DNA from: Verrucomicrobiales bacterium
Lineage (GTDB): Bacteria > Verrucomicrobiota > Verrucomicrobiia > Verrucomicrobiales > V1-33
Direction of reading: 5' to 3'
Assembly (NCBI GenBank): GCA_031411295.1
Contig: JANOAV010000157.1
Location: 126,284 to 190,283 of the forward strand
Length of the DNA stretch: 64,000 bases
Part shown: piece after piece, positions 10,153 through 21,024 of the stretch
How positions within the stretch are numbered: the stretch's first letter is position 1
How the letters are laid out: each line of letters opens with the position of its first letter
Made by a program: the position numbers and the translations under genes
The notes under the pieces: model-generated
The model's input: only the letters and a program-made list of their open reading frames with translations
Told to the model about the DNA's origin: nothing
Database searches by the model: none

Positions 10153-11208
10153 TTAACCGATGCAGGCCGCATGGATCTCCGTCAGGATTTCCCGCAGATC
10201 ATAGCGATATTGCCAGTTAGGGTAATGCGCTTGAAATTTCCGCACATCCGACACCCACCAGATATGATCACCTGAGCGATTATCTTCCAGATAGGTGTAA
10301 TCCAATTTCTTACCACTGATCTCCTCGCACAGGGCAATGGCTTCCAACATGGAACAGTTACTGTGACGACTGCCACCCATGTTATAAACTTCACCACAGC
10401 GGGGAGTGGCGGCAAACTGCCAGAAGGCCTCGACTAAGTCATAGGCATGAATGTTATCGCGCACCTGTTTGCCTTGATAACCGAAGACACGGTAGGGTTT
10501 CCCGGACACCGTGCATTTCATCAAGTAGGAGAGGAAGCCATGTAACTCCGCGCCCGCATGGGCCGGCCCGGTCAAGCAACCGCCCCGGAAACAGGCAGTC
10601 CTCATGCCGAAATACCGACCATACTCCTGCACCATGACATCCGCCGCCACCTTGCTGGCACCGAAAATCGAGTGTTTGCTTTGATCGATCGTGAAATGCT
10701 CATCGATTCCTAAAGCATACTGATGCCCCGGCGCAATCTCCCAGCGAGTCTCCAGTTCAACCAAAGGCAAGCTATTGGGCGCGTCGCCATAAACTTTGTT
10801 TGTGCTCGTGAAGATGAATACTGCGTCCGGACAACTTTCCCGCACTGCCTCCAGCAGGTGCAGCGTCCCCAGGGCATTTACTCCAAAATCAGTCAACGGC
10901 TCCTTGGCCGCCCAATCATGACTGGGTTGCGCAGCGGTGTGCACCACCAGACCAACGGCCTTCCCGTATTTCCGAAACACATTGCGCACGGCTTGCTCAT
11001 CCCGAATATCCACCGCTTCATGATGATAGGATGATCCCAACCCCACCAACTTTTGCACGGTGCCGGAGGTGCTGGCGTCAGCACCAAAGAAATAGGACCG
11101 CATGTCGTTGTCCATTCCGACGACTTCATAACCTTCCTTCAGCAAACGCTGCACTGTTTCCGAGCCAATAAGCCCGCCACTTCCCGTTACTACTGCTACT
11201 GAATTCAT
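10153..11208 (-). CDS. NAD-dependent epimerase/dehydratase (CDP-paratose 2-epimerase-like)
   Basis: [31 protein letters not shown] motifs. Confidence 0.88.
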   Translation of the reverse strand: MNSVAVVTGSGGLIGSETVQRLLKEGYEVVGMDNDMRSYFFGADASTSGTVQKLVGLGSSYHHEAVDIRDEQAVRNVFRKYGKAVGLVVHTAAQPSHDWAAKEPLTDFGVNALGTLHLLEAVRESCPDAVFIFTSTNKVYGDAPNSLPLVELETRWEIAPGHQYALGIDEHFTIDQSKHSIFGASKVAADVMVQEYGRYFGMRTACFRGGCLTGPAHAGAELHGFLSYLMKCTVSGKPYRVFGYQGKQVRDNIHAYDLVEAFWQFAATPRCGEVYNMGGSRHSNCSMLEAIALCEEISGKKLDYTYLEDNRSGDHIWWVSDVRKFQAHYPNWQYRYDLREILTEIHAACIG

Positions 11209-11258
11209 GTCTGATTTATTGAAATAGAATGTTTGATACCACGAAAAAATTGTTCATC

Positions 11259-12356
11259 CTAGCCAGCGGATTGCGTCGCTTGAATTTGCTCCAGCAACAA
11301 TGAAAAGACCACGGCCGCGGAACTTCTTTGGTTCAACGACAACACGATTGCAGGATCCCAGGGCATGGCTAGCATTTGCTCCAACAGCGCAGGAACCTCG
11401 CTGATTTCCTTCCAGATCAGGCCGTTGCGACCAGGCTCCACCAAGTGACTAAGTGAGCTTTGGTTCGGCAGCAGCACTGGCAGTCCGCACCCCATTGATT
11501 GCTGCACTGAGATGGCGGCGGTAAACCACAAGGCAAAATGCACGGAGTGAAATATCTCCCGCATCCCAGCGGCCGACACTGCGTCACGGCATTCAATCTG
11601 ATGGGCTACGGGTGAGTTCTGCACCAACTCACGGATTTCCTTGCTGAATGGAGCATTGTCAAAGCCTGCCAAAATGTAATGAGCCTCAGGATGCTTCTGC
11701 AAGAAATCAAACACCGCCGGCAACCAACGATCGAAAGGTTTGCTGGGCACCACCCTCGTGACCGTGGCAAAGCGAATCGGCCCAGTTGGCCAAGCAGGCG
11801 CGGGATAAAAATCTGCCGGATCATACACCAACCCGCCGAACCAATATTTGTGGCGGTATTTACCATTGGCAATTCGCCTGACCAACTTATCCCCATCCGG
11901 GGAGGAAGCCGTGATGACATCCGCCCGCGCGAAGATGTTTTTATACCATCGATCCTTCAGCAACCAGCGCACCCAAGGACGGGTTGGGGTCGCATTGGCA
12001 TCGAAATCGGGCATCATGGCAACCACCTTGCAGGAGGGCGCCAGCCGCTTCATCAGAAAGTAGGGCAAGCCCGAACCCGGAGCCGCCAGGACCGCCACCT
12101 CTGGTCGCGTCGCTGCCAACAACTTTGCGAAGTTGGTGACCGTAAAATACGTATCTTTGATCCGCCAATGACGTTGAATCGAGTAAACCGTATACCCCAG
12201 CGGTCTTACCTCCCCACCCTCCAGTCCTGGCCATTCCGGGCTCGCTCCGCGCACAACAGACACTTGATGCCCCTGGCCTACCAGCCAGACCGCAAGGACG
12301 TTCTCGTAGTAGTTGGCTCCTTCACGGAAACCGGATGATGCGATGAGGAAGTTCAT
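11259..12356 (-). CDS. GT-B (GT4-like) glycosyltransferase
   Basis: RVVPSK and SMGCGLPV motifs in the C-terminal Rossmann domain; operon context. Confidence 0.75.
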   Translation of the reverse strand: MNFLIASSGFREGANYYENVLAVWLVGQGHQVSVVRGASPEWPGLEGGEVRPLGYTVYSIQRHWRIKDTYFTVTNFAKLLAATRPEVAVLAAPGSGLPYFLMKRLAPSCKVVAMMPDFDANATPTRPWVRWLLKDRWYKNIFARADVITASSPDGDKLVRRIANGKYRHKYWFGGLVYDPADFYPAPAWPTGPIRFATVTRVVPSKPFDRWLPAVFDFLQKHPEAHYILAGFDNAPFSKEIRELVQNSPVAHQIECRDAVSAAGMREIFHSVHFALWFTAAISVQQSMGCGLPVLLPNQSSLSHLVEPGRNGLIWKEISEVPALLEQMLAMPWDPAIVLSLNQRSSAAVVFSLLLEQIQATQSAG

Positions 12357-12414
12357 AGCGGGATCAACTGCCTTTGCTGGCTTATGTCGGAAGCTGGACT
12401 TAAAGTCCGGTATG

Positions 12415-13533
12415 CTAGGCGAACTCCCCCAGCGCAGCGATCACGGCCGATGCCACCCGTTGCTGCTGCTCATCTGTGATTTCTGGATAGATGGGCAGGC
12501 TTAACATTTCTGCCTGATGTTGCGCAGCTACTGGGAAATCTGACCGCGTGTGCCCCAGATATTCATAGGCTTTCAAGAACGGCAGCGGTGTGGGATAATG
12601 AATTGTGCTGGCAATTCCCTGCTCGGCTAAACGCCGCTGCACGGCATCACGTTGCGGAATGCGGATGCTATAAACATGATACACGTGGGTCGAGCCTGGA
12701 CGGATTTGCGGAATCCGCACCACCGGGCACTCCGCAAAGAGTTCGTCATAACGCTTAGCCTTTTCCCGGCGGGCCTCGGACCAGCCTACCAAGCTGGGTA
12801 ATTTGGCACTCAGGATGGCTGCTTGCAGACCATCCAACCGACTGTTGATGCCTTCCATGCGATGATCGTGTTTATTGGTAGGATCAGATCCGTGCCGGGC
12901 ATAGCAACGGCACAAGTCGGCCAGCGCATCGTCATTGGTCACGATGGCTCCCGCGTCGCCAAACGCTCCGAGATTTTTTCCGGGATAAAAACTAAAGGTC
13001 CCTGCCCGCCCCATCAAACCAGTCATGCGGCCTTCGTGCGTTGCCAAATGACACTGGGCACAATCTTCCACCACCCACAGCCCGTGCTTCTCAGCGAGGG
13101 CCAGAATTTCGGTCATCGCAGCAGGCTGGCCCAACAGATGCACTGGGAGGATTCCCTTCGTGCGCGTAGTGATTTTCGCCTCGATTAATGCAGGATCAAT
13201 CGTGTGATAGGCATCCTCCACATCGACAAATACTGGCTTTGCACCACATTGCGTGATTACCTCAGAAGTAGCGATCCAACTGTTGGCAGTCGTAATAACC
13301 TCATCGCCCGGCCCCACGCCCAGCATCTTCAGGGTGATATAAATGGCACCCGTGCCATCGGCACAACTGATGCAATGCTTCGCCCCAACGGCCGCGGCAA
13401 ATTCCTTTTCAAATTTCCCCACAAAAGGCCCGCGGATGAATGCCGTGGTGTCGATCACCGCCGCCATGGCCGCGTCAATTTCAGGTTTTAGGGAGAGATA
13501 CTGCGCCTTAAGATCAAAGAGGGGGATTTTCAT
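12415..13533 (-). CDS. DegT/DnrJ/EryC1/StrS PLP aminotransferase
   Basis: EDCAQ, FSFYPGKNLGAFGDAG, NSRLD motifs. Confidence 0.95.
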   Translation of the reverse strand: MKIPLFDLKAQYLSLKPEIDAAMAAVIDTTAFIRGPFVGKFEKEFAAAVGAKHCISCADGTGAIYITLKMLGVGPGDEVITTANSWIATSEVITQCGAKPVFVDVEDAYHTIDPALIEAKITTRTKGILPVHLLGQPAAMTEILALAEKHGLWVVEDCAQCHLATHEGRMTGLMGRAGTFSFYPGKNLGAFGDAGAIVTNDDALADLCRCYARHGSDPTNKHDHRMEGINSRLDGLQAAILSAKLPSLVGWSEARREKAKRYDELFAECPVVRIPQIRPGSTHVYHVYSIRIPQRDAVQRRLAEQGIASTIHYPTPLPFLKAYEYLGHTRSDFPVAAQHQAEMLSLPIYPEITDEQQQRVASAVIAALGEFA

Positions 13534-13578
13534 GATGTGAGAGAAAGTTGTTGGAGAAATCTGTTTTTAAATAGTGGT

Positions 13579-14031
13579 TTACGGCAACTTGCGGATCAGC
13601 CGTGCGGGGTTGCCTGCATACACTCCTTTGATGAGCAGGTCTTTGGTCACCACGGAGCCAGCCCCAACGACACAACCGGCCACGATGGTTACTGGCAGGA
13701 TGGTGGCATTTGAACCCACCGAAACATCATCGCCAAGGTTCGTGGCGCGATATTGGGTGCGGTCACCTCGGGCCGGCCCACCCGTCTGGAAGAGATCGTT
13801 CGTAAACATCACCCCATGGCCGATGAAGCAACGCTCGCCAATCGTCACCAAGTCACAGATGAACGCGTGCGATTGCACCCGGGTGTCATTTCCGATGACC
13901 GCACCGCGTTGAATTTCCACAAAGGGCCCCACGAAGACCCGATCCCCCAAGCTGCAGCCATAGAGGTTCGAAGGCTCGATTACTTTTACATCCAGTCCTA
14001 GCTTAACGTCATTTAACATAAATTGATTCAC
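13579..14031 (-). CDS. Hexapeptide-repeat (LbH) N-acetyltransferase
   Basis: Hexapeptide repeats; VMFTND; GAGSVVTKD; GNPAR. Confidence 0.92.
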   Translation of the reverse strand: MNQFMLNDVKLGLDVKVIEPSNLYGCSLGDRVFVGPFVEIQRGAVIGNDTRVQSHAFICDLVTIGERCFIGHGVMFTNDLFQTGGPARGDRTQYRATNLGDDVSVGSNATILPVTIVAGCVVGAGSVVTKDLLIKGVYAGNPARLIRKLP

Positions 14032-14040
14032 TTAAAAGAC

Positions 14041-15087
14041 CTAGACGCCTACACTGGCATCATAGAGCACGGTGCGTCCTTCCTGTAAGGAAACGTCACC
14101 TGCCTCCAACAGCGCAACCACTTGCAGCGCATGGTCCCCACCTGAGAGCGGTGGTGCTCCCGTGCGGACACATTCAACAAAGTGCTTTGCTTCCGCCCGC
14201 AATGGTTCCTCGCCACTGATGTAAGGCATGTGCGTGTCGCCCGTTCGCATCTTGACATCGGGGCGCCCCGTCTGATCAAACGACATGTTGTCACCCAACC
14301 GTGGAATCATATCGAACCCTTTGTCGTAAATGGTAATTTTGTGGTCCGCCATGTCATCATAAACCACCATTTTACGACTGCCCACCAGCGTCAACTTGCG
14401 AACCTTCCCCGGATCCAACCAACTCACGTGGATGTGCCCCACGGCACCGGAACCCCATTTCATGGTGGCGAAAACCACGTCCTGCACCCCCGGCTGGATA
14501 TAGTCCATTCCGGTAGCAGTAACCGAGCAGGCACCTCCCCCTAGCAAATAAGCCAGGATGCTCACGTCATGCGGTGCGAGGTTCCACCAAGCGTTCACAT
14601 CGGAACGTAACTGACCAAGATTGAGTCGTTGGGAGTAAACGTAAAATAGTTCACCCAATTCTTTGGAATCCACCATTTCCTTTAACCGACGCACCGCGGG
14701 GTTGTAGAGAAAGGTGTGGCCGGCCATAACCGTCAAGCCTTTCTCCCGGCCCAAGTCCAGAATTTCCTTTGCTTCCTTGTAGTTAGTGGCCAGCGGCTTC
14801 TCGACAAAGACATGTTTCCCCGCATTCAGCGCGGCCATCGCTAATGCATAGTGCGTAAAAGCAGGCGTGGCGAGCACCACTGCCTCCACTGTAGCATCTG
14901 CGAACACCTCTTCAGCTGTCGCCACCGTCCGCACCCCAGGGAAGCCCTTTTCAACAAATTTACGTCGTGCCTCAGAGGCCTCGGCTACCACGACGACCTC
15001 AGCCTCCGGTAGTTGGTGGAAATTCCGCAGCAGGTTCGGCCCCCAGTATCCGCAGCCCAATTGAGCAATTCGTAATTTATTCATCAT
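14041..15087 (-). CDS. Gfo/Idh/MocA oxidoreductase (NDP-sugar dehydrogenase)
   Basis: GCGYWG, HVFVEKP, LAPHD motifs. Start could be 15117, 15087 or 15084. Confidence 0.92.
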   Translation of the reverse strand: MMNKLRIAQLGCGYWGPNLLRNFHQLPEAEVVVVAEASEARRKFVEKGFPGVRTVATAEEVFADATVEAVVLATPAFTHYALAMAALNAGKHVFVEKPLATNYKEAKEILDLGREKGLTVMAGHTFLYNPAVRRLKEMVDSKELGELFYVYSQRLNLGQLRSDVNAWWNLAPHDVSILAYLLGGGACSVTATGMDYIQPGVQDVVFATMKWGSGAVGHIHVSWLDPGKVRKLTLVGSRKMVVYDDMADHKITIYDKGFDMIPRLGDNMSFDQTGRPDVKMRTGDTHMPYISGEEPLRAEAKHFVECVRTGAPPLSGGDHALQVVALLEAGDVSLQEGRTVLYDASVGV

Positions 15088-15129
15088 ATTATGTTCTAAA
15101 TTTAGCCTATCTAACATCCCGCCCAGTCC

Positions 15130-16572
15130 TTAGGAAGCGCGCCGCAAGAAGGGCAGCTTGCGGGAAATCCCGCTTAATTCCCCGCGATCAATCAGCCCCA
15201 AGGCAACCACTGCCAGAATCAAAACTAAGATCGGAGCTTTCCAGAGCAAATCCCTCACACCGGGCTCGCCCTGCCAATGATTCCCCAGTCCCGCCAACAA
15301 AATCACGGCCCCAATGGTGAGGATGATCTTAGTCCAGGCAAAAGGGATGGCATAGCATTTCTGGCTGACTGCGAAATTTGCCAGCGCAATCACCATCGCA
15401 GTCAGCAAATTCGCCCATGCAGCCCCCATGATCCCAAACCGGGGTATCAACCAGAGGCAGAGGACTACGTTCAGCCCGCCCCCAACCAAGTTGATTACGG
15501 AGAGCAAGCCCGTGCGTTTCGCAATCCAAGCACCTGGAGCAAACGCATATGATTGCTGCAGGACTACGGCTAGCGAGAGCACACACAGTGGACCGGTGGC
15601 GGCAAGGTAGTCTGGCTTCGAAAGCAACAGGATGACCTCTCTGGCCCCCAGCCACAATCCAGCCAAACCGATCAACGAGAGGGCCGTGAAATATCGGAAA
15701 ATGTCAGCAATCCGATGAGGCGTCTCCGGCTTTTTGTAGTTCGCGTAAATCAATGGCGTCAAAGAATTGCCAAAACCCAGCATCACGAATCCCGCTAACA
15801 TGGCAACGCGCATCGCCACACTAAAAATCCCCAAGTCATCGTTGCTCAGCATTTGCTGCACCGCCACCCGATTGACGTAGAGCATGGCCACTGCCCCCAG
15901 ACTGCTGGGAACCAAGGGCAGTGAGAATGCCAGCATGCCCTTGCACAATCCCCAGTCGAAACTGACTTTGAACGCGCCCCGCAGCCTGCTCAATGAATAA
16001 ATGACTGATCCTGCGCACCCAATGATGGTAGCCACGGGCACCCCGACCACTCCCCAGCCCAAACCCCACACGAACACGATCGTAAAGACCGCGAAGAGGC
16101 CAGTATTGATCAATCCGGCCACGCCAAAATGCAGCGATAACAACGACCACCTCAATTGATTCGTCACGATGGTCATTACCGCCATGCTGGCCGCCGCGAG
16201 CAACGCCCAGCGCATCAACCCACCATAACCGGACACATCCAAAACCAAGGCCCCCAGTTGATCTGCGAAGAGCATCCCCGGAATGAGGGCGAGGCCGAAG
16301 GAAACCACCGTGAACCACAAAACGGTCGAAGCTGCCTGGCTGCGTTCGGCCACATTTTCCGCCTCACCAGCAAATCTGGCCTGCGCATTGGTCAGCTCCA
16401 ATCCCAGCAAAATTCCGATCAACATATAAAAAGCCAACAACAGATCCAGCCACCCCACTTCAGCCTTGGTCAACAGCTTGGTATAGAAGGGCAGCAGCAG
16501 AATCATGATCCCCTTCGAGCACATTTGCGCCAGGGCATAGATGGCCGAATCCTTAAAGAAGCGTGATATCAT
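15130..16572 (-). CDS. wzx: Oligosaccharide flippase (Wzx family)
   Basis: LLLPFYTKLL start, FSLPL, LIPRFGIMGAAWA; about 14 TM segments. Confidence 0.88.
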   Translation of the reverse strand: MISRFFKDSAIYALAQMCSKGIMILLLPFYTKLLTKAEVGWLDLLLAFYMLIGILLGLELTNAQARFAGEAENVAERSQAASTVLWFTVVSFGLALIPGMLFADQLGALVLDVSGYGGLMRWALLAAASMAVMTIVTNQLRWSLLSLHFGVAGLINTGLFAVFTIVFVWGLGWGVVGVPVATIIGCAGSVIYSLSRLRGAFKVSFDWGLCKGMLAFSLPLVPSSLGAVAMLYVNRVAVQQMLSNDDLGIFSVAMRVAMLAGFVMLGFGNSLTPLIYANYKKPETPHRIADIFRYFTALSLIGLAGLWLGAREVILLLSKPDYLAATGPLCVLSLAVVLQQSYAFAPGAWIAKRTGLLSVINLVGGGLNVVLCLWLIPRFGIMGAAWANLLTAMVIALANFAVSQKCYAIPFAWTKIILTIGAVILLAGLGNHWQGEPGVRDLLWKAPILVLILAVVALGLIDRGELSGISRKLPFLRRAS

Positions 16573-17878
16573 CGGGCTTGGCTGGATGTTGTGCCAAGGC
16601 TTTGCGAGCCGCTGGCACGAGGAAATCCTCCCCCTTCTCCTGGGCGATTTTACGCAGACCTTCCAAGATCAGCGCAGGACTGGCTCCCACACCCCATGGG
16701 TAAGCGATTGAAGTCGGGTCGAACATGGCTTCGTTAGGGGCTACTCCTTGCAGCACGGTAGCATATCTTGCGGCCACCAACTCCGCTGACCACTTGCGAT
16801 CGATGAACGCCCGGTGAGCATCGGCCAGCGCTTGGAGTTCATTCCTCGGCATCGTCAATAGTGCCTTCATGCGATCAAACAACGTTTCCTGGGTGACTTG
16901 CACGGAAGGGAACTCCCCTCCAGACGGAACCACCTGATTCAAAAACCCCCACCCGTAACCGCCCACGACAACCACCCGTCCCTGAGCCGCAGCCTCACAG
17001 CCCAAGCCCGCCAAACCAATATCTGAAAACAACTCATCAATCACGATGTGGCAGTTCCTAATTGCTTCCAATACGGCTGCGTTGGACATCCCGCTGATTT
17101 CTTGATACTCAAAATCACAACCGGCAGTGGACAATTCCGCAACCACCGTCCGCACTATTTCAGTGCCCTTCCCAAAACTCGTTGAAGGCGCGTGGAGGAC
17201 CTTCAGTTTCCCCATGGGTAAAGGCAACGGATCTTGCACGGAGGCAGTTGGCAGCCCAACCCACAACCAACTAACGCAATTCCTCTCCTGCAAATGAGCC
17301 GAGAGCGGATGATCCACGATGTAATTCACGCGCTTGGAAACCCTTCGCAACTGAGTAAGTTGATCACTATTTCGTTTCAGGATTGCAGCCATCGGAAAAT
17401 TCCCCTGAGCTAGCACCTCCATCCGATGTAACCAGCCACCATTCAAGTAGCATGGTCGGGAATCCGAACCGCAATAAATCATCAAGGTCTTCTTCCCTAC
17501 CATACGTAGGAGCAACAGGTCCAGATTCCATGGGAGGAAGGAATGACCAAACAGAAAAATGAAATAATTATACCTTAACAGTCCGACGGATAATCCAACT
17601 ATTCCCGCCAGGGAGCGCGCCGTGGCATGAACTGCTTTACCTAAAAAGTTCGACGTTAGCCCCCTTGTCCAGCTGGTTAAACGGTTCAACCAAGCAAAAG
17701 CGCGGGTATTGTAATTCGCACTGCGGTCAGAATAGCCGAATGGATGACCATCCACGTCCAAGACTCCAACGCGCCAACCCAGTGCCGCGAATCCCTCCCC
17801 CAATCCAGACGCAACTCCCGCAATCTCACGAGGCCCGATCATGACTCGACCTCCGTGTGATGATGGCTCAACTGGCAC
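16553..17878 (-). CDS. Glycosyltransferase-like protein (GT-B)
   Basis: HAPST---KGT and IVIDE-----G-GCEAAAQG motifs; operon context. Confidence 0.7.
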   Translation of the reverse strand: MPVEPSSHGGRVMIGPREIAGVASGLGEGFAALGWRVGVLDVDGHPFGYSDRSANYNTRAFAWLNRLTSWTRGLTSNFLGKAVHATARSLAGIVGLSVGLLRYNYFIFLFGHSFLPWNLDLLLLRMVGKKTLMIYCGSDSRPCYLNGGWLHRMEVLAQGNFPMAAILKRNSDQLTQLRRVSKRVNYIVDHPLSAHLQERNCVSWLWVGLPTASVQDPLPLPMGKLKVLHAPSTSFGKGTEIVRTVVAELSTAGCDFEYQEISGMSNAAVLEAIRNCHIVIDELFSDIGLAGLGCEAAAQGRVVVVGGYGWGFLNQVVPSGGEFPSVQVTQETLFDRMKALLTMPRNELQALADAHRAFIDRKWSAELVAARYATVLQGVAPNEAMFDPTSIAYPWGVGASPALILEGLRKIAQEKGEDFLVPAARKALAQHPAKPDDITLL

Positions 17879-17883
17879 AGCGC

Positions 17884-19068
17884 TTACTTGGGCTCGTGAC
17901 CACGAAAGGGCACATCGTTATGAGGATAACAGAATTTCATAAAGAAACTCTTTGGGACGCGATTCGCCTTGTAGAGCAAGTAAAACAATGGCCGGAGCAA
18001 CTCGAACGTCCCCTTGTAGTTGGGGTAATCACGATAGGTCTTTTTCGGCAAGTTCATTAGCGCATCGAACTCCGCTTCGGAATACCCCAGCCTGCGACGC
18101 ACAAATTCGACAAGCTCCAGATCAATCTCCTGTGGAGCCCGCAGGCTTTCCCGGGCCGCTTCCTTATCCAATTGATCACAACGAATCAGCGCGCAGTGCC
18201 CCAGCAATCGACCATCAATCCCCCAGCGCTTGGGCCAGAAGTAAGAGTGGAAAAATGCGGTGAATCGATTTTCCAAATGATGCCCTCCATACCACTGCCA
18301 GCCGTAGTCTCGCTGAAGCATCTCCTTGGTCTTTTCCTTGTCGTAGTCCAGGAAATAAAGCGGCCGGATTTTGATCAAACGTTGCATGACCGTCCACTTG
18401 AGAAATTGCGTCAGCGGCATATTCGGATAAGTCTTCATGGGGATCTTGCCGAACTGTTTGTGGACCGAGGAAATATACTTCCCGTCCATGTAAAGCCAAC
18501 CTAGCGGGGAAATCCCTTCTGTTCTAAATGAATGCCCCTCGAAGATGTGGCGTATTCCATGCTTCTCGCACGCTCGATTCAGCACCACCGCCAACGCCAA
18601 GTCCGTCGGAGCTTCCAAATCCGGGGTGCCCGCCTGCAGGAAGGCCCGATAAATATCATCATATTCCTCGTTATCTACCACGTAAGTCTCGAGATCAATA
18701 TCCAACTCCCGCAGCACGCATTGAATGTTTTCGACCGCAATGGTCGAGTTCCAAGTATTATCAAAGTGCACCGCCAGCGGACGCAATCCTAATTCCTTCG
18801 CCAGCACAATCATATACGAGCTATCGCAACCGCCGCTGACGCCCACTGCAACATCATATTTCTTTCCTTTACCTTCCTCACGAATCGCAGCGGCAATTTC
18901 TTCCAATCTGCGTCGGCCCTCGGCCCCAGTGGGATACTCAGGCTCCATGGCCTCAATCGTCTGGCAGTAATTGCAGAGGCCTTGGGCATCAAAACTGATG
19001 CCAGTGACATTGTCGGTGCTGTATAAGCATCGACTGCATTCTTGGGATTCTGGAAGCGGGTTACTCAT
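17884..19068 (-). CDS. N-acetyl sugar amidotransferase (WbpG/WbuX-like)
   Basis: CSRC...CNYC zinc motif, VSGGCDSS PP-loop, GLRPLAVHFDN. Confidence 0.92.
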   Translation of the reverse strand: MSNPLPESQECSRCLYSTDNVTGISFDAQGLCNYCQTIEAMEPEYPTGAEGRRRLEEIAAAIREEGKGKKYDVAVGVSGGCDSSYMIVLAKELGLRPLAVHFDNTWNSTIAVENIQCVLRELDIDLETYVVDNEEYDDIYRAFLQAGTPDLEAPTDLALAVVLNRACEKHGIRHIFEGHSFRTEGISPLGWLYMDGKYISSVHKQFGKIPMKTYPNMPLTQFLKWTVMQRLIKIRPLYFLDYDKEKTKEMLQRDYGWQWYGGHHLENRFTAFFHSYFWPKRWGIDGRLLGHCALIRCDQLDKEAARESLRAPQEIDLELVEFVRRRLGYSEAEFDALMNLPKKTYRDYPNYKGTFELLRPLFYLLYKANRVPKSFFMKFCYPHNDVPFRGHEPK

Positions 19069-19840
19069 GATTGGAAATGGATTCGAAAAGTCGGTTAAGC
19101 TCCCGGGGGGAGGGGAAATTTATGAGCACAGCGCGATTGCGTCCAAAATAGACCACCATGCTGCCAGCCGCCACAGCGCTGGCCCGCCCTTCCGTGATGG
19201 CCTGGCCAAAATGGCTGACTTTGCCAGCCCCACCGCAAGCAATCAATGGGATGTCCACGGCCGAGGTGACGGATCTGATCAGCTCAAGATCATACCCTTC
19301 CATCGTTCCGTCCTGATCAATTGAGGTCAGGAGAATCTCCCCTGCACCGAGTTCAGCCGCACGCCGGGCCCAAGTCACCGGATCCATGCTCGTTGCCCGC
19401 GTGCCCCCATGGGTGTAGACTTCATACGTGCCGGAGGCAGTCCTTTTGGCATCAATCGAGATCACCACAGCTTGGCTCCCGAACTCATTGGCTGCGGCAG
19501 ATAGAAACTCCGGGCACGCAACGGCATGGCTGTTCACCGCAACTTTTTCAATGCCTCTGCGAAAAATTTCCCGCATGGTTTGCAGGTCGGAGATGCCACC
19601 GCCATAGGCCACTGGCATGAAGCATTCCGAAGCCAATCGTCCGATCACGTCCAGATCAGGAACCTTGGAACTTGTCGTGGCTGTAATGTCCAGGAAAATC
19701 AGCTCATCCACTTCCTTTTCGTTATAGATTCTAATCGCGTTGGAGGGATCGCCCACGTAATCAGGATTCTTGAACTTAATCGTTTTGACTAACGCGGCAT
19801 TTTTCAGCAGCAGACAAGGCATGACACGATTTTTTAGCAT
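19061..19840 (-). CDS. hisF: HisF-like cyclase paralogue of polysaccharide loci (WbuZ/HisF2)
   Basis: VKTIKF---YVGDP, YGGGI, TSIDQDGT, GGAG motifs; adjacent to the amidotransferase. Confidence 0.9.
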   Translation of the reverse strand: MLKNRVMPCLLLKNAALVKTIKFKNPDYVGDPSNAIRIYNEKEVDELIFLDITATTSSKVPDLDVIGRLASECFMPVAYGGGISDLQTMREIFRRGIEKVAVNSHAVACPEFLSAAANEFGSQAVVISIDAKRTASGTYEVYTHGGTRATSMDPVTWARRAAELGAGEILLTSIDQDGTMEGYDLELIRSVTSAVDIPLIACGGAGKVSHFGQAITEGRASAVAAGSMVVYFGRNRAVLINFPSPRELNRLFESISNHE

Positions 19841-19859
19841 GAACTAGGGCTTTAAGATT

Positions 19860-20474
19860 TTAGACCTTGGAGAAATTCTCCAAAATCTTCATGCCGAACT
19901 TATGACTCTTCTCGGGATGAAACTGCACCCCGTAAACATTACCTGATTCCACTGCCGCTGTGGCCAGCATCCCATAGTTCACCGAGGCCGCCACGTGCGC
20001 TGGATCCTGACAAACTACGTGGTAGGAATGAACAAAATAGTAACGCGGATCCATCCCGCAATCCTTGAATAACTTCGCTTCCGGGTTCGGAATCGCGATA
20101 TTCCACCCCATGTGGGGGATCTTAAGTTTGGCCGGATTGTCACCAAACTGAAATTTCATGGTGCGTCCGGGGATCCAACCGAGTCCGGGGCCTACGCCCT
20201 CTTCACTTCGTTCTGAAAGCATCTGCATCCCTAGGCAAATCCCCAACACCGGAACTTTTTCCTCCTGCACTCTGGCCGTAAGTCTAGGCAGCAATCCACT
20301 TTCGTTTAGACTGCCCATTCCTGCATCGAAGGAACCTACGCCTGGCAGAATTAGCTTCGTGGCCAAATCCATTTCGGCGGGACTGTTGACAATACAGGCC
20401 GGCACCGCCAAACGCTTCAGCATGTTCAAGATCGACGCCAGATTGCCCACGCCGTAGTTTACGATGCCGATCAT
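19860..20474 (-). CDS. hisH: HisH-like glutamine amidotransferase (WbuY/HisH2)
   Basis: LPGVG, GICLGMQ, PHMGWN, YFVHSY, QFHPEKS motifs. Confidence 0.93.
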   Translation of the reverse strand: MIGIVNYGVGNLASILNMLKRLAVPACIVNSPAEMDLATKLILPGVGSFDAGMGSLNESGLLPRLTARVQEEKVPVLGICLGMQMLSERSEEGVGPGLGWIPGRTMKFQFGDNPAKLKIPHMGWNIAIPNPEAKLFKDCGMDPRYYFVHSYHVVCQDPAHVAASVNYGMLATAAVESGNVYGVQFHPEKSHKFGMKILENFSKV

Positions 20475-21022
20475 GATTTGATAATGTCAGTCGATGTCCC
20501 CGTGCGATAGCGCAAGACTTTGGCAGGAACACCAGCCATGACGGCATACGGGGGCACATCCTTCGTCACCACCGCGCCCGAACCAATTTGGGCTCCGCGG
20601 CCAATGCGCACGCCTGGCAGGATGGTAGTATTGATCCCAATATCGCAATCTTCCTCAATGATAACAGGGGCAAAAACAATTCCACTAAAGAGAATGGGGA
20701 TGTCGGTCCCATCCTCCCCATGCCGGGAAGAAATGATTTTGACCCCCGGGCCAATGCCGACGTTTTTGGCAATATATATCCCGCCCGCACTATGGAAGAA
20801 ACATTGCTGACCGATCCAGGTATTGTCCCCGATCTCCATCCGATTCTTGTAATAACCTTTCAAAATTGTCTGATGGCCGATGTAAATATTGTTTCCCAGG
20901 TAAATGTTCTCCGGATGAAATACTTGCACCCCGGCCTCGAAGACCACGTGTTCGCCACTGGATGCAAAATCAGACTTCTGGAAGGCTCCGGTCCCGTGGG
21001 ATTGGTATAGTCGTGGTTCCAT
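20471..21022 (-). CDS. LbH acyltransferase
   Basis: Hexapeptide repeats; ILPGVRIG; GAVVTKDV; GVPAK. Confidence 0.9.
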   Translation of the reverse strand: MEPRLYQSHGTGAFQKSDFASSGEHVVFEAGVQVFHPENIYLGNNIYIGHQTILKGYYKNRMEIGDNTWIGQQCFFHSAGGIYIAKNVGIGPGVKIISSRHGEDGTDIPILFSGIVFAPVIIEEDCDIGINTTILPGVRIGRGAQIGSGAVVTKDVPPYAVMAGVPAKVLRYRTGTSTDIIKS

Positions 21023-21024
21023 AA

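Noticed and set aside
19061..20474. Histidine biosynthesis operon
   Set aside because: No other his genes are present. The pair is coupled to an N-acetyl sugar amidotransferase, as in WbuXYZ-type polysaccharide loci.
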